IMG/VR virus record: IMGVR_UViG_3300013108_000622
Span: 1-64,000 of that record
Length of the DNA stretch: 64,000 bases
Origin: a virus
Direction: 5' to 3' (one strand)
The translations under genes were made by a program, and so were the position numbers. Below, piece after piece: positions 36,006 to 46,305 of the stretch; positions within the stretch are counted from its first letter, which is position 1, and each line of letters begins with the position of its first letter. The notes under the pieces are model-generated. The model was not told the origin of the DNA, searched no databases, and worked only from the letters and a program-made list of their open reading frames with translations.

Positions 36006-37208
36006 ATGTTATTTCAAATAATAGATAACAAACGAGCTTGTCCAAATATATATCTTAACAATAAGATTGTTTCCGATCCAGATTACAGTAATTTAACTGG
36101 AACTTGGTCTTATGATCCTATGTTTAATAAACATGATATTAAATATGCCTCTTTATATGCTGAAGGCGACAGCCTTGATGATTGCTGTCCCGATAACTTA
36201 ATCCCAAAATGGGAAGAAGTCAAGCAAAAACACGTGGCTTTCTTTAAATCTTTTAATATTGCCAAGGTAAATTTTCAAGATTATTGTCTATACGATCTTC
36301 TTCCTGAGTCTTTTGTGAGTGAGTATTTTGAGACAAAAAATAAAATAACACAACATGTTTTTGATAGCTATGAAATCCCGACAAATTATGATTTTTTGGT
36401 GGAGTTGTCTGATCTGGTGGCATCGATTCAGAGCCAGAGATTGATCATAGACACAAGTTTGATGGATGAGAACATACACGAATTAAGGGTTAGAAAGATA
36501 AAAGAAAAATTAATGAACATTGAGCCAGTTGTTTCTTATAATGTGTTTGGAACAATTACTGGCAGATTAACAACCAAGAAAAATTCATTCCCTCTTTTGA
36601 CCTTGGATAAAAATTATAGAAATATAATACAACCCAATAATGATTGGTTTATTGAGTTAGACTTTAATGCTGCTGAATTGCGCTGTCTTTTGGCACTCAA
36701 CGAACAACCCCAACCTTGCGAGGATATACATAAGTGGCACGGGAAAATATTAAATAAATTATACGACCACAGGATGGAAAGAGATGAAATTAAACGTAAG
36801 ATTTTTAGCTGGCTTTATGGACCAGCGAATGTTTCTCTTGGTATCCCAGAGATTGAAAGGTTTTATGATAAAGAAAAGGTAATTGAAAAATATTGGGATG
36901 GTGAAGAAGTGGTAAACCCATTTGGAAGGCGCATAAAGGCGGATCATTTTCATTCACTTAATGCAATAATCCAAAGCACAACCTCCGACACTTTTTTACG
37001 TCGTGCAATTGCGGTAAATAAACTCCTGAATGGTAGAAAGTCCTTTACAATGGGGCTCATTCATGATAGTATGGTAATTGATTTTGATCGTAATGACAAA
37101 GATCTTCTAGAAGAATTAATGGTTGAGTTCGGGAATACCGATTTGGGTATTTTTAAAGTTAATGCAAGTTTGGGAACAAACTTTGGTAATATGAGGAAGT
37201 TTAGATGA
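36006..37208 (+). CDS. Family A DNA polymerase, short form (polymerase domain)
   Basis: GTITGRL, motif A ELDFNAAELR, motif B R..IK..IFSWLYG, IQSTTSD and motif C IHDS. Confidence 0.8.
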   Translation: MLFQIIDNKRACPNIYLNNKIVSDPDYSNLTGTWSYDPMFNKHDIKYASLYAEGDSLDDCCPDNLIPKWEEVKQKHVAFFKSFNIAKVNFQDYCLYDLLPESFVSEYFETKNKITQHVFDSYEIPTNYDFLVELSDLVASIQSQRLIIDTSLMDENIHELRVRKIKEKLMNIEPVVSYNVFGTITGRLTTKKNSFPLLTLDKNYRNIIQPNNDWFIELDFNAAELRCLLALNEQPQPCEDIHKWHGKILNKLYDHRMERDEIKRKIFSWLYGPANVSLGIPEIERFYDKEKVIEKYWDGEEVVNPFGRRIKADHFHSLNAIIQSTTSDTFLRRAIAVNKLLNGRKSFTMGLIHDSMVIDFDRNDKDLLEELMVEFGNTDLGIFKVNASLGTNFGNMRKFR

Positions 37209-37816
37209 AAAGAATATTTAATCGAAGTAAGCTATTAAAAGATGCAGAATTAAGATATGCTCCAGTTGTTATTCGAGTTGAAAAATTCACACCCGAATCG
37301 GCATTAAAGTTTCAAGAAAAAATGGAACTCGCCCACAATACTGGCCAACCAGTAATCCCTATTGTTATTGATTCTTACGGTGGTCAAGTTTATAGTTTGA
37401 TGGCTATGATCGCACAAATCAAAAGCTCTGAAATCCCAGTGGCTACAATTATTGAAGGTAAGGCAATGTCTTGTGGGGCAATCCTAGCAACCTTTGGCCA
37501 AAAAGATATGAGATATATGGATCCTAATGCGACAGTAATGATACATGATGTTTCCTCAATGGCGTGGGGCAAAATAGAAGAATTAAAATCTAGCACTGAC
37601 GAGGCAGCCCGATTAAACACTATAGTGTTCCAAATGATGGCCAAAAATTGTGGAAAGAAAAAAAATTATTTTCTAGATATCGTACATGATAAGGGTCATT
37701 CCGATTGGTACTTGGATGCAGATGAATGTGTAAGTCACAATATTGTGCAACACTTGGAATTACCACAGTTAAAAGTTGATATCGAGGTTAATTTCGAATT
37801 CGGCACCGGAGAATAA
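37205..37816 (+). CDS. clpP: ClpP-like protease
   Basis: IDSYGGQVY, catalytic Ser in AMSCG, His in MIHD, and WYLDADE. Confidence 0.85.
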   Translation: MKRIFNRSKLLKDAELRYAPVVIRVEKFTPESALKFQEKMELAHNTGQPVIPIVIDSYGGQVYSLMAMIAQIKSSEIPVATIIEGKAMSCGAILATFGQKDMRYMDPNATVMIHDVSSMAWGKIEELKSSTDEAARLNTIVFQMMAKNCGKKKNYFLDIVHDKGHSDWYLDADECVSHNIVQHLELPQLKVDIEVNFEFGTGE

Positions 37817-37819
37817 TTA

Positions 37820-38131
37820 ATGGCTTCTAAAAAATATAATAAGTTGGTAAGAGACAAGATTCCAGAAATTATAAAAAGCAAAGGAAAAACCTGTATCACA
37901 GTGACCGCTACCCAGAAGGTATATTTGCAAAAACTAAGAGAGAAATTGTTAGAGGAGGCGAATGAATTTTTTGAGAATCCATCTTTGGAAGAATTGGCAG
38001 ATGTTCAAGAGGTTGTGTGTGCTATTGAAAATGCCTATAACTGGGATAGTTTGCTTCTTGCAAGGCTTGACAAGAGAATCGAGCGAGGATCTTTTAAAAA
38101 GAGGATAATTTTAAAAGAGGTGTCTGAGTAG
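37820..38131 (+). CDS. MazG-like / PRA-PH family NTP pyrophosphohydrolase
   Basis: YNKLVRDKIPEII, KL.EE..E, EELADV.EV and K...RGSF. Confidence 0.8.
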   Translation: MASKKYNKLVRDKIPEIIKSKGKTCITVTATQKVYLQKLREKLLEEANEFFENPSLEELADVQEVVCAIENAYNWDSLLLARLDKRIERGSFKKRIILKEVSE

Positions 38132-38134
38132 GTT

Positions 38135-38968
38135 ATGGAAACTGTGATTGGACTTGGCCAAGCTGGTTGTGTGATAGCTGATGAATTTGCAAAATATCCG
38201 CAATATTCTATTAAAAAAATCGATGTTGGGTTGCCGAAGACAAAGACCACCTTCCCGATAAAAGAGTATGAAAAGCTTGAAGATTATGAGGAAAAACTCC
38301 CAACACTACAGCATTTTTTTAGGGGAGTGAGGGGCGATATATTATTTGTTGTTGCCGGTGGTGGAAAAGTATCTTCAGCATCATTAACTGTTTTAAAATA
38401 TTTAAAAAATAAATGCAACATCAGTGTTCTATATATTCAACCAGAATTATCTTTACTGAACGATGTCCAACAGAAGTTGGAAAAACTGGTCTACAATGTT
38501 TTCCAACAATATGCAAGGTCCGGCTTATTCGAAAGACTTTATTTGGTATCTAATGAACAGATCGACTCTATTTTAGGGGGTTCTCCCATAAAAGATTACA
38601 ATAATAACATTAATCATATGATCACTTCAACAATTCATATGATTAATATTTACAAAAACAATCAAGCAGTGACAGACACTTTTTGCCAACTACCCGTAGG
38701 GGCTAGGATTTCCACTATTGGGATGAAAAATATAGAAAAAAATGAAGACATGGTGTATTTTAACCTTGACAGCGTGTCAGATATGGTGTATTATTACGCA
38801 TATAACAAATCGAAACTTGAATCTGATTCAAATATAATGAGCAACATTAAAAACAACATTACAGAGAATAAGAAATCAGGGATTAGAACAACATATGGCA
38901 TTTATGAAACAGATTATGAAGAAGATTATATTTATTGTCTGTCTCATACGTCGATAATTCAAAAATAA
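38135..38968 (+). CDS. Divergent tubulin/FtsZ-family (PhuZ-like) protein
   Basis: N-terminal VIGLGQAGC.IAD (T1 loop), degenerate AGGGKVSS (T4 loop), I.P..., LVSNE and YNN.I. Confidence 0.65.
   Translation: METVIGLGQAGCVIADEFAKYPQYSIKKIDVGLPKTKTTFPIKEYEKLEDYEEKLPTLQHFFRGVRGDILFVVAGGGKVSSASLTVLKYLKNKCNISVLYIQPELSLLNDVQQKLEKLVYNVFQQYARSGLFERLYLVSNEQIDSILGGSPIKDYNNNINHMITSTIHMINIYKNNQAVTDTFCQLPVGARISTIGMKNIEKNEDMVYFNLDSVSDMVYYYAYNKSKLESDSNIMSNIKNNITENKKSGIRTTYGIYETDYEEDYIYCLSHTSIIQK
38766..38794 (+). promoter_or_regulatory. Sigma70-type promoter inside the tubulin gene, probably driving ssb
   Basis: TTGACA-17 nt-TATTAT. Confidence 0.55.
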
Positions 38969-39016
38969 TTGGAAAAACAGGAAAATTACTGTTTTTACCT
39001 TAAGGAGAAATAAATT

Positions 39017-39748
39017 ATGGCATTAGATTTAGCAAAAATGAAGGCCAAACTTCAAGAATCAGAAAGCGGTGGCAAATCAAAATCTGATAATGTGTGGTGG
39101 AAGCCCCAAGAAGGAGATCAAGAAATTCGTATCGTACCCACCGAAGATGGCGATCCGTTTAAAGTGTTTCACTTTCATTACAACCTTGGCGATGGCGCTC
39201 GTGGTGGTGTTTTGTGTCCCAAGCGTCAATTTGGTGAAGAATGTCCCATTTGTGATTTCGCTTCGAAGTTGTGGCAAGAGGGAACTGATGATAGCAAGAG
39301 AATGGCTAAATCATTGTTTGTCCGACAACGATTCTTTTCTCCTGTGGTTGTCCGAGGAGAGGAAGAAAAGGGAACCCGAGTTTGGGGATATGGTAAAACA
39401 ATTTACGAAACCCTACTTGGGCTAGTTTTAAACCCAGACTATGGTGATATCACCGATATTGATAGTGGTGTTGATTTCACACTGACATATACTTTGCCGA
39501 AAACAAAAGGTGCTTTCCCACAAACAAATCTTACTCCAAAGCGTAAGTCTTCTAGCCTAGCTAAGACCAAAGCAGCAATTAAAGAAATTGTGGACGCAGT
39601 ACCAGACATTGATACCCTTTTTCAACGGAAGTCACCCTCCGATGTCAAGGCGATTTTAGAATCATTCTTGAGCCCAGTCGATGGCCCACTGGTGGAAACA
39701 TCCTCTGTAAGTAGTGTTGAAGACGCTATTAAAGAATTGACAGCGTAG
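39017..39748 (+). CDS. Single-stranded DNA-binding protein (gp32-like)
   Basis: WWKP..G...IRIVP, Zn ligands H...CP....ECPIC and YGDITD...G.DF; precedes recA. Confidence 0.8.
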   Translation: MALDLAKMKAKLQESESGGKSKSDNVWWKPQEGDQEIRIVPTEDGDPFKVFHFHYNLGDGARGGVLCPKRQFGEECPICDFASKLWQEGTDDSKRMAKSLFVRQRFFSPVVVRGEEEKGTRVWGYGKTIYETLLGLVLNPDYGDITDIDSGVDFTLTYTLPKTKGAFPQTNLTPKRKSSSLAKTKAAIKEIVDAVPDIDTLFQRKSPSDVKAILESFLSPVDGPLVETSSVSSVEDAIKELTA

Positions 39749-39772
39749 TAACTAAAAACATTAAGGTTTTTG

Positions 39773-39817
39773 GAAGCTACCGCCGTTGAGTATAACCTCG
39801 GTGGTAGCTTCTTTTTT
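39773..39817 (+). terminator. Rho-independent terminator after ssb
   Basis: GAAGCTACCGCCG...CGGTGGTAGCTTC stem followed by T6. Confidence 0.8.
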
Positions 39818-39830
39818 ATTGGGAATTCTT

Positions 39831-40946
39831 ATGAGCAATGGAAAATTATCATCTTCAGATATCTTAAAAATGATTAACAAAAAAGCTGGAAGAACGGTCG
39901 CCTTTGCAGGCGATCAAGAGAATCCAGCAGACATTAAAGATTGGATCCCCACCGGTTCCCGTTGGCTCGATTCAATTATTTGTCGCGGACAACTGGCAGG
40001 TATTCCAGTCGGTCGATGCACAGAAATCGCAGGTCTTGAAAGCTCAGGCAAATCTTATATGGCTGGACAAGTCGCACGTGAAGGTCAAAAGAAAGGTATT
40101 AAAGTATTATATTTTGATTCAGAGGCTACAATGACCAGTGAGTTTTTAGAAAAACTTGGTTGTGATATGGAAGGTGATAATCAAATCGTTATCATCCAAC
40201 CAGAAGACATTGAAATGGTTCTTGAGACTATGGAAATGTGTATGGCCAACGATCCAGATAATCGTTATTTATTTATTCTAGATTCTCTTGCGATGACACC
40301 ATGTCGAGCAGACTTGGAAAAAGATTTCAACCCGCAATCCTCAATGGCACAGATGCCTCGTGTATTGTCTGTTGGAATGAAGAAGCTGACAGTATCCTTG
40401 TCCAAGAGCCAATCTACATTCCTTGTTCTTAATCAATTAAAAACAAATATTAATGTTAGTAATCCGATGATGATGCTATCCCAACCTTGGTTTACTCCTG
40501 GTGGAAAAGCAATCATCTATGCGTATTCATTGCGACTATGGTTGACTGGTCTGAAAGGAAAGAAAACGTTTATTGAAGATGAGAATGGTTATCGCATAGG
40601 CTCAGAGGTCAAAGCCAAACTAGAGAAGTCAAAGTTTGGAACCCAAGGTCGTATTTGCAACTTTAAGATCTTGTGGGGAGGCGAAGAAGTTGGAATTATG
40701 AATGACGAATCCCTCTTGACAGCAATCAAACCATCTGATAGAATTAAAAATGCAGGAGCGTGGTTTACATTGGAAGGGTATGAAAAGAAATTCCAAGCTG
40801 CCACATTTCCTAAACTTATGAAAAGTGATCCAAAGTTTTCAAAGATCGTTTATGATATTATGGACGAAGAAGTCATTCGTAAGTTTGAAAACAAAACTGG
40901 AAAGGCGCAAGATTTTTACGATCTGGAAGACACGGAAGCACAATAA
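39831..40946 (+). CDS. recA: RecA/UvsX recombinase
   Basis: WIPTGS..LD, Walker A GLESSGKS, FDSE, ILDSLA, LNQLK and TPGGKA; start at ATG 39831. Confidence 0.92.
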   Translation: MSNGKLSSSDILKMINKKAGRTVAFAGDQENPADIKDWIPTGSRWLDSIICRGQLAGIPVGRCTEIAGLESSGKSYMAGQVAREGQKKGIKVLYFDSEATMTSEFLEKLGCDMEGDNQIVIIQPEDIEMVLETMEMCMANDPDNRYLFILDSLAMTPCRADLEKDFNPQSSMAQMPRVLSVGMKKLTVSLSKSQSTFLVLNQLKTNINVSNPMMMLSQPWFTPGGKAIIYAYSLRLWLTGLKGKKTFIEDENGYRIGSEVKAKLEKSKFGTQGRICNFKILWGGEEVGIMNDESLLTAIKPSDRIKNAGAWFTLEGYEKKFQAATFPKLMKSDPKFSKIVYDIMDEEVIRKFENKTGKAQDFYDLEDTEAQ

Positions 40947-41750
40947 ATGGAAAATGTTATCTTATTGGATATGGATGGTACAATCACACCACCACGAAAA
41001 CCAATCGAATCAGAGATGGTAGATGCCCTGTTCCAATTGTCCAAAGTGTCTAAAATTGGGATTGTTACTGGTAGTGGACTTGATTATGTATTGCAACAAT
41101 GTTCGGATTTATTAAAACCTGCTTACAATATGAAAAACTTTTTCCTGCTACCTTGTAATGGGACTCAAAAATATGAATGGTCGGAAAGCGATTGGGAAAA
41201 CGGGTATTGGACTAAGACATATGATATGGATATGAGAGAGTTTATCGGTGAAGACAAGTTTAATAAGACGATGGGTTTTTTAACCGAACAGCTATACATC
41301 ACTCACCTGACAAATTCGTCCATTCCAAAATCTGGCCACTTTATTTCATATAGGGGGTCTTTGATTAATTGGTGCCCGATTGGGCGTCAAGCAATCGAAA
41401 GGGATAGGAAGGTGTTTATGGAGTACGATAAGGAAAACAAATTACGTAGGAAGAAAATGGCAAAGTTTAAGGAAAGCTTTATGTGTGATTTTCTTTCTTT
41501 CTCCATGGGCGGCAATACCTCGATTGATATATATCCGGTCGGTTGGGATAAGACACAGGCTTTAAAACATTTTACAAATCATGATTTTTGGTTTATTGGA
41601 GATAGATGCACGACTCCCACTGGTAACGATAAACCTCTTTATGATAAAATCAGAACTGAAAAACCCGCTCAAGCCTTTGAAGTAAAATCAACAGCGGATA
41701 CTCTAAAGATCGTTAAAAAAATCACAAAAAAGCTGAACAACCAGGAGTAA
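40947..41750 (+). CDS. HAD-IIB phosphomannomutase (eukaryotic PMM-like)
   Basis: LLDMDGTITPPR, IVTGS, R..LINWCPIGR, GG.TSIDIYPVGWDKT and FIGDR...GND. Confidence 0.85.
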   Translation: MENVILLDMDGTITPPRKPIESEMVDALFQLSKVSKIGIVTGSGLDYVLQQCSDLLKPAYNMKNFFLLPCNGTQKYEWSESDWENGYWTKTYDMDMREFIGEDKFNKTMGFLTEQLYITHLTNSSIPKSGHFISYRGSLINWCPIGRQAIERDRKVFMEYDKENKLRRKKMAKFKESFMCDFLSFSMGGNTSIDIYPVGWDKTQALKHFTNHDFWFIGDRCTTPTGNDKPLYDKIRTEKPAQAFEVKSTADTLKIVKKITKKLNNQE

Positions 41751-41752
41751 CA

Positions 41753-42718
41753 ATGAGTAACAAGATTTTAATTATCGATGCAATGAACACTTTCATTCGC
41801 AACTATGTGATGAATCCAAGCCTTGCGGCAGACGGTTCACCCATCGGCGGAACGAAAGGGTTTTTAATGTCCCTGCAAAAGATGATAAGAGAAATTCAAC
41901 CAGATAACGTGATTGTTGTTTGGGATGGTGGCGGAGGAAGCGCCAAGAGAAGAACCATTGTTAAGGAGTATAAAGAAGGTCGTAAACCCCTTAAGTTAAA
42001 TCGTGCATATAAAGGGATGTCATCGCTTGAAGAATCACAAAATCGATATGATCAAATGCGTAAAACCATCGAATATCTTAATGCTATGCCGGTGGCACAG
42101 TTAATGATTGAAGACATCGAAGCTGATGATGTGATTGCGTATATCTGTCAAATGCCTTCCATAAGAAACGATGTAAAAATTATTGTTTCTATGGATAAAG
42201 ACTTTTACCAACTGTGTGATGATAAGACAATGATTTATAGTCCAGTAAAAAATGAGTTTTTGAACAAAAAAAGGATATTAGAAAAATTTTCAATTCATCC
42301 CAACAATTTTGCGATTGCTCGTGCAATTGATGGTGATAAATCCGACAACCTTGATGGCATAAAAGGTGCTGGTTTAAAGACGATTGCCAATAAATTTAGT
42401 TTTTTAGCAGAAGAAAAATCATATACACTGGATGAATTATTTAAACATTGTAGGCTTGATGATTCAGGACTAAAATTGTATAAAAATATTTTAGCAGAAA
42501 AAAATAAAGTTAAGATAAATTATAAATTAATGCAACTCTATTCACCCTATATTTCAACCAAAAGCTCGCAACATATTAAAGATACTGTTGAAAATTTTAA
42601 TCCAAAATTTAACTTAACAAATGTTATGAAGATGATGTCTCAAGATGGGATTCACCAATATAATTGGAATAATCTTTTTCAAAAATTTAGATTGATTGTT
42701 GATCAAGGTAGGCACTAG
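41753..42718 (+). CDS. 5'-3' exonuclease / RNase H (Pol I N-terminal-like)
   Basis: IID.MN.F.R, VVWDG, YKEGR, EADDVIA, S.DKDFYQL and GDKSDNL.GIKG.G.KT. Confidence 0.92.
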   Translation: MSNKILIIDAMNTFIRNYVMNPSLAADGSPIGGTKGFLMSLQKMIREIQPDNVIVVWDGGGGSAKRRTIVKEYKEGRKPLKLNRAYKGMSSLEESQNRYDQMRKTIEYLNAMPVAQLMIEDIEADDVIAYICQMPSIRNDVKIIVSMDKDFYQLCDDKTMIYSPVKNEFLNKKRILEKFSIHPNNFAIARAIDGDKSDNLDGIKGAGLKTIANKFSFLAEEKSYTLDELFKHCRLDDSGLKLYKNILAEKNKVKINYKLMQLYSPYISTKSSQHIKDTVENFNPKFNLTNVMKMMSQDGIHQYNWNNLFQKFRLIVDQGRH

Positions 42719-42740
42719 TTATTCTACCGTCAACAAGTTC

Positions 42741-42769
42741 TTGACTTTTCGCGTAAAACATCGTATGAT
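42741..42769 (+). promoter_or_regulatory. Sigma70-type promoter upstream of the helicase gene
   Basis: TTGACT-17 nt-TATGAT. Confidence 0.6.
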
Positions 42770-42794
42770 GTTTTTAAACAAACATGAGGTTCCA

Positions 42795-44171
42795 ATGTCT
42801 GTAAATAATAAGATTTCTTTTTCAAAATACGGCAAAACTTTTCAAGAAAAATTGGCTTTTATCATCTTAGACGATAGAGTTTTTGCAGATAGAATGATGG
42901 AGGTTTTAAACATTGAGTTTCTTGAATACAAATACTTGCAAACATTCGTAGAAAAAGTTTTTTATTATAAAACAAAATATGGTTCTCAACCCTCTCATGA
43001 TACAATGAAATCTATTGTTAAATCGGGAATAGTTGAGGAAAATGAGGTATTGCAGGAACAAATTGTTAAGTTTTATGCAAAATCTCTATCTGATATAAAT
43101 ATCCTTGAGTCAAGTGAGTACATTAAGGATACTGCTCTTGATTTTTGTCGAAAACAGAAACTTAGAGAAGCGATGATGAAGTCATCTACACTGCTCCAAA
43201 AATGCTCATTTGATGAGATTTCTGTATTGATTAATGATGCACTGAAGGCTGGCGCAGATGCTGACTTTGGTTATGATTATATGAAAGATTTCGATAAAAG
43301 ATTTGAATTCTCTGGTCGCGAAACCATCACCACTGGGTGGCAAAAGATGGATGAACTTACAGGTGGTGGTGGAGGCCGAAAAGAGTTGGGGGTCGTGATT
43401 GCGCCTACGGGTGTAGGAAAGTCTATGGTTCTAGTCCATCTCGGCGCAACAGCAGTAAAAGCTGGAATGACTGTTGTCCACTATACACTTGAATTGCGTG
43501 ATACTGTAATTGCTAATCGTTACGACTCTTGTATAACCGGTATACCATTAGATGAGTTGATGGATAGGAAAGATGAAATCCGTGAATATCTTAAGGATGT
43601 CGATGGCAACCTTATTGTAAAAGAATACCCCACAAAAACTGCAACGACCAACACTATCCGGGCACACATAGAAAAATTAAAACAACAAGGAATAATCCCA
43701 GATATGATTATCGTTGATTATGCAGACTTGTTAAAAACAATATCTACCCGCAGAGAAAAAAGAGAAGAATTGGAAACAATTTACGAAGACCTGCGGGCAA
43801 TTATGATGGAAAATAATGTGGCAGGCTGGACAGCATCACAAACAAACCGAACAGGATTACAAGCTGAAATCATAACAATGCAGTCAATTTCAGAAGCATT
43901 TAACAAATGTTTCGTTGCAGACTTAATATTTTCAGTATCCCGAACAGCCGAAGACAAGCAAACCAATGGAGGCAGAGTATATATTGCAAAAAATAGAAAC
44001 GGCCCAGATGGTTTGGTACACTCCATCTTCATGGACACGGCAAATATTGATATAAAAATTCTAGAAAGATACACCTCAGAAAGTGGTATATCCCCCTCCT
44101 TATCGCAAGGAGAAAAACAACAACAAATGTTAAGCAAATATAAAAAACTAATGAAAGGAGCAATTATGTAA
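42795..44171 (+). CDS. DnaB/gp41-like replicative helicase
   Basis: Walker A APTGVGKS, YTLE, IIVDYADL, TASQTNR and AKNRNG; start at ATG 42795 (SD GAGG). Confidence 0.92.
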   Translation: MSVNNKISFSKYGKTFQEKLAFIILDDRVFADRMMEVLNIEFLEYKYLQTFVEKVFYYKTKYGSQPSHDTMKSIVKSGIVEENEVLQEQIVKFYAKSLSDINILESSEYIKDTALDFCRKQKLREAMMKSSTLLQKCSFDEISVLINDALKAGADADFGYDYMKDFDKRFEFSGRETITTGWQKMDELTGGGGGRKELGVVIAPTGVGKSMVLVHLGATAVKAGMTVVHYTLELRDTVIANRYDSCITGIPLDELMDRKDEIREYLKDVDGNLIVKEYPTKTATTNTIRAHIEKLKQQGIIPDMIIVDYADLLKTISTRREKREELETIYEDLRAIMMENNVAGWTASQTNRTGLQAEIITMQSISEAFNKCFVADLIFSVSRTAEDKQTNGGRVYIAKNRNGPDGLVHSIFMDTANIDIKILERYTSESGISPSLSQGEKQQQMLSKYKKLMKGAIM

Positions 44172-46033
44172 TGGAGAAATCAAGTAAAATTTTATCAGAT
44201 ATTACTGTATTTATGAAATATGCTAAATACAGAAAAGACCTGGGTAGGCGGGAGACCTGGGAGGAACTTGTTACTAGGAACAAGGAGATGCATGTTAAGA
44301 AATTTCCTTATATGCAGGGAGAAATTGAAGCAGCATATGAATTTGTATATGATAAAAAGATTTTACCATCGATGCGTTCCTTGCAGTTCGGAGGCAAGCC
44401 AATTGAAATCAGCCCAAATAGGATTTATAATTGCGGGTTCCTTCCTGTTGATGATTATAGAGCTTTTAATGAAATACTGTTTCTTTTATTAGGTGGAACC
44501 GGCATAGGCTTCTCTGTTCAGAAGCATCATGTCGAAAAACTACCAGAAATTAGACAACCCAGACAAGATCGTAAACGTAGGTTTCTTGTAGGGGACTCTA
44601 TTGAAGGTTGGGCAGATGCAGTTAAAGTGCTGATGCGATCTTATTTTGAAGGCACATCAACGATTGATTTTGATTTTTCAGATATTCGCCCAAAGGGTGC
44701 TAAGCTTGTGACCTCTGGTGGCAAAGCCCCAGGCCCAGAACCTTTAAAAACTTGCGTAAGGCAAATTAAATCAATTTTAAATGAAAAGGTGGAGGGTTCC
44801 CAACTTGAACCAATTGAGGTCCATGATATTGTTTGTCATATTGCTGATGCCGTTCTCGCTGGTGGGATTCGCCGTGCTGCACTTATTTCACTATTTTCGG
44901 CAGATGATCAAGAAATGATCTCATCAAAATCGGGAAATTGGTGGGAAAAAAACCCCCAAAGAGCCCGTGCAAACAACAGTGCAGTTTTGGTCCGACATCG
45001 TGTTAAGAAAAAGTTTTTTGATGAAGTATGGAATCGCATTGAACATTCGAATTCTGGGGAGCCAGGTATTTATTTTACCAATGATAAGGATTGGGGAACA
45101 AATCCTTGTTGTGAGATCGGCTTAAAGCCATTTCAATTTTGTAATCTATGTGAAGTGAATGTTTCCAACATCACGAGCCAAGAAGACTTAAATGATCGTG
45201 CCCGAGCCGCCGCCTTTATTGGAACCCTACAAGCTTCCTACACTAATTTTCATTATTTAAGACCTATTTGGGAGCGAACGACGCAGAAAGAAGCCTTGTT
45301 GGGCATTGGACTAACAGGTGTCGGTTCTGGAAAGGCACAACATATGGATATGGAGCAAGCATCAGAAATAACGAAAAAAGAAAATAAGAGAGTGGCAGAG
45401 TTATTGAATATAAATCCAGCAAACAGGGTTACAACAATTAAGCCCAGCGGCACTTCATCACTTGTATTGGGGTGCTCAAGTGGCATCCATGCTTGGCATA
45501 ATGATTATTATATTCGAAGAATTCGAGTTGGGAAAAATGAAGATATCTATCATTATTTATCCATCAATCACCCAGAATTAATAGAGGATGAATTTTTCCG
45601 CCCCCATGATACTGCTGTAATCTCCATTCCACAGAAAGCACCAAAAGATGCAATATTACGCACTGAATCTGCGTTGGGATTGCTGAATCGAGTAAAGTGG
45701 TTTTCTCAAAATTGGATACAACCAGGCCACAACAAGGGTAATAATACACATAACATTTCCGCCACGGTATCCTTAAAGGAAGAAGAGTGGGCACCTGTTG
45801 GTGAGTGGATGTGGCAAAATAGAGATTTTTATAACGGGTTGTCTGTACTTCCATACAATGGTGGAACATATAAACAAGCCCCATTTGAAGACTGTGATGA
45901 GCTAACTTACAAAAGGATGATGGAGAGTTTATCTGATGTCGATTTAACTAAAATTGTAGAATTAGATGATAATACTAATTTGAGTGGAGAAATCGCTTGC
46001 GCCGCTGGTGCTTGTGAGGTAAAATATATTTAA
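44171..46033 (+). CDS. nrdJ: Class II (adenosylcobalamin-dependent) ribonucleotide reductase
   Basis: RRETWEE, PSMR, GGIRRAA, TNPCCEI, TTIKPSGT and C-terminal CAAGAC. Confidence 0.9.
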   Translation: MEKSSKILSDITVFMKYAKYRKDLGRRETWEELVTRNKEMHVKKFPYMQGEIEAAYEFVYDKKILPSMRSLQFGGKPIEISPNRIYNCGFLPVDDYRAFNEILFLLLGGTGIGFSVQKHHVEKLPEIRQPRQDRKRRFLVGDSIEGWADAVKVLMRSYFEGTSTIDFDFSDIRPKGAKLVTSGGKAPGPEPLKTCVRQIKSILNEKVEGSQLEPIEVHDIVCHIADAVLAGGIRRAALISLFSADDQEMISSKSGNWWEKNPQRARANNSAVLVRHRVKKKFFDEVWNRIEHSNSGEPGIYFTNDKDWGTNPCCEIGLKPFQFCNLCEVNVSNITSQEDLNDRARAAAFIGTLQASYTNFHYLRPIWERTTQKEALLGIGLTGVGSGKAQHMDMEQASEITKKENKRVAELLNINPANRVTTIKPSGTSSLVLGCSSGIHAWHNDYYIRRIRVGKNEDIYHYLSINHPELIEDEFFRPHDTAVISIPQKAPKDAILRTESALGLLNRVKWFSQNWIQPGHNKGNNTHNISATVSLKEEEWAPVGEWMWQNRDFYNGLSVLPYNGGTYKQAPFEDCDELTYKRMMESLSDVDLTKIVELDDNTNLSGEIACAAGACEVKYI

Positions 46034-46044
46034 AGGAGTGCTAA

Positions 46045-46305
46045 ATGGCAACTATATCAATAACTGAAGAAAAGAAGAAGCATGTAATTAACTTAATTAA
46101 ATCTTATAGAGCAATCGATGGAGCGATCCAACCTTACCAAGACCAGCGTAAAGAACTACGTACCGAATATATCGAGAATCAATGGTTAAGTAATAGTGAG
46201 ATTTCTTTAGTTAAGAAAGCATACAATGCTGTCAAAACCAAGGTGGATTTAGATGATCTCTCCTCGTTTGTAGATATTGTAAAGAGTGAGATACCAAATG
46301 TGTAA
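46045..46305 (+). CDS. Small helical hypothetical protein (possible DNA-binding protein)
   Basis: SD AAGGAG; 86-aa helical pattern. Confidence 0.65.
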   Translation: MATISITEEKKKHVINLIKSYRAIDGAIQPYQDQRKELRTEYIENQWLSNSEISLVKKAYNAVKTKVDLDDLSSFVDIVKSEIPNV

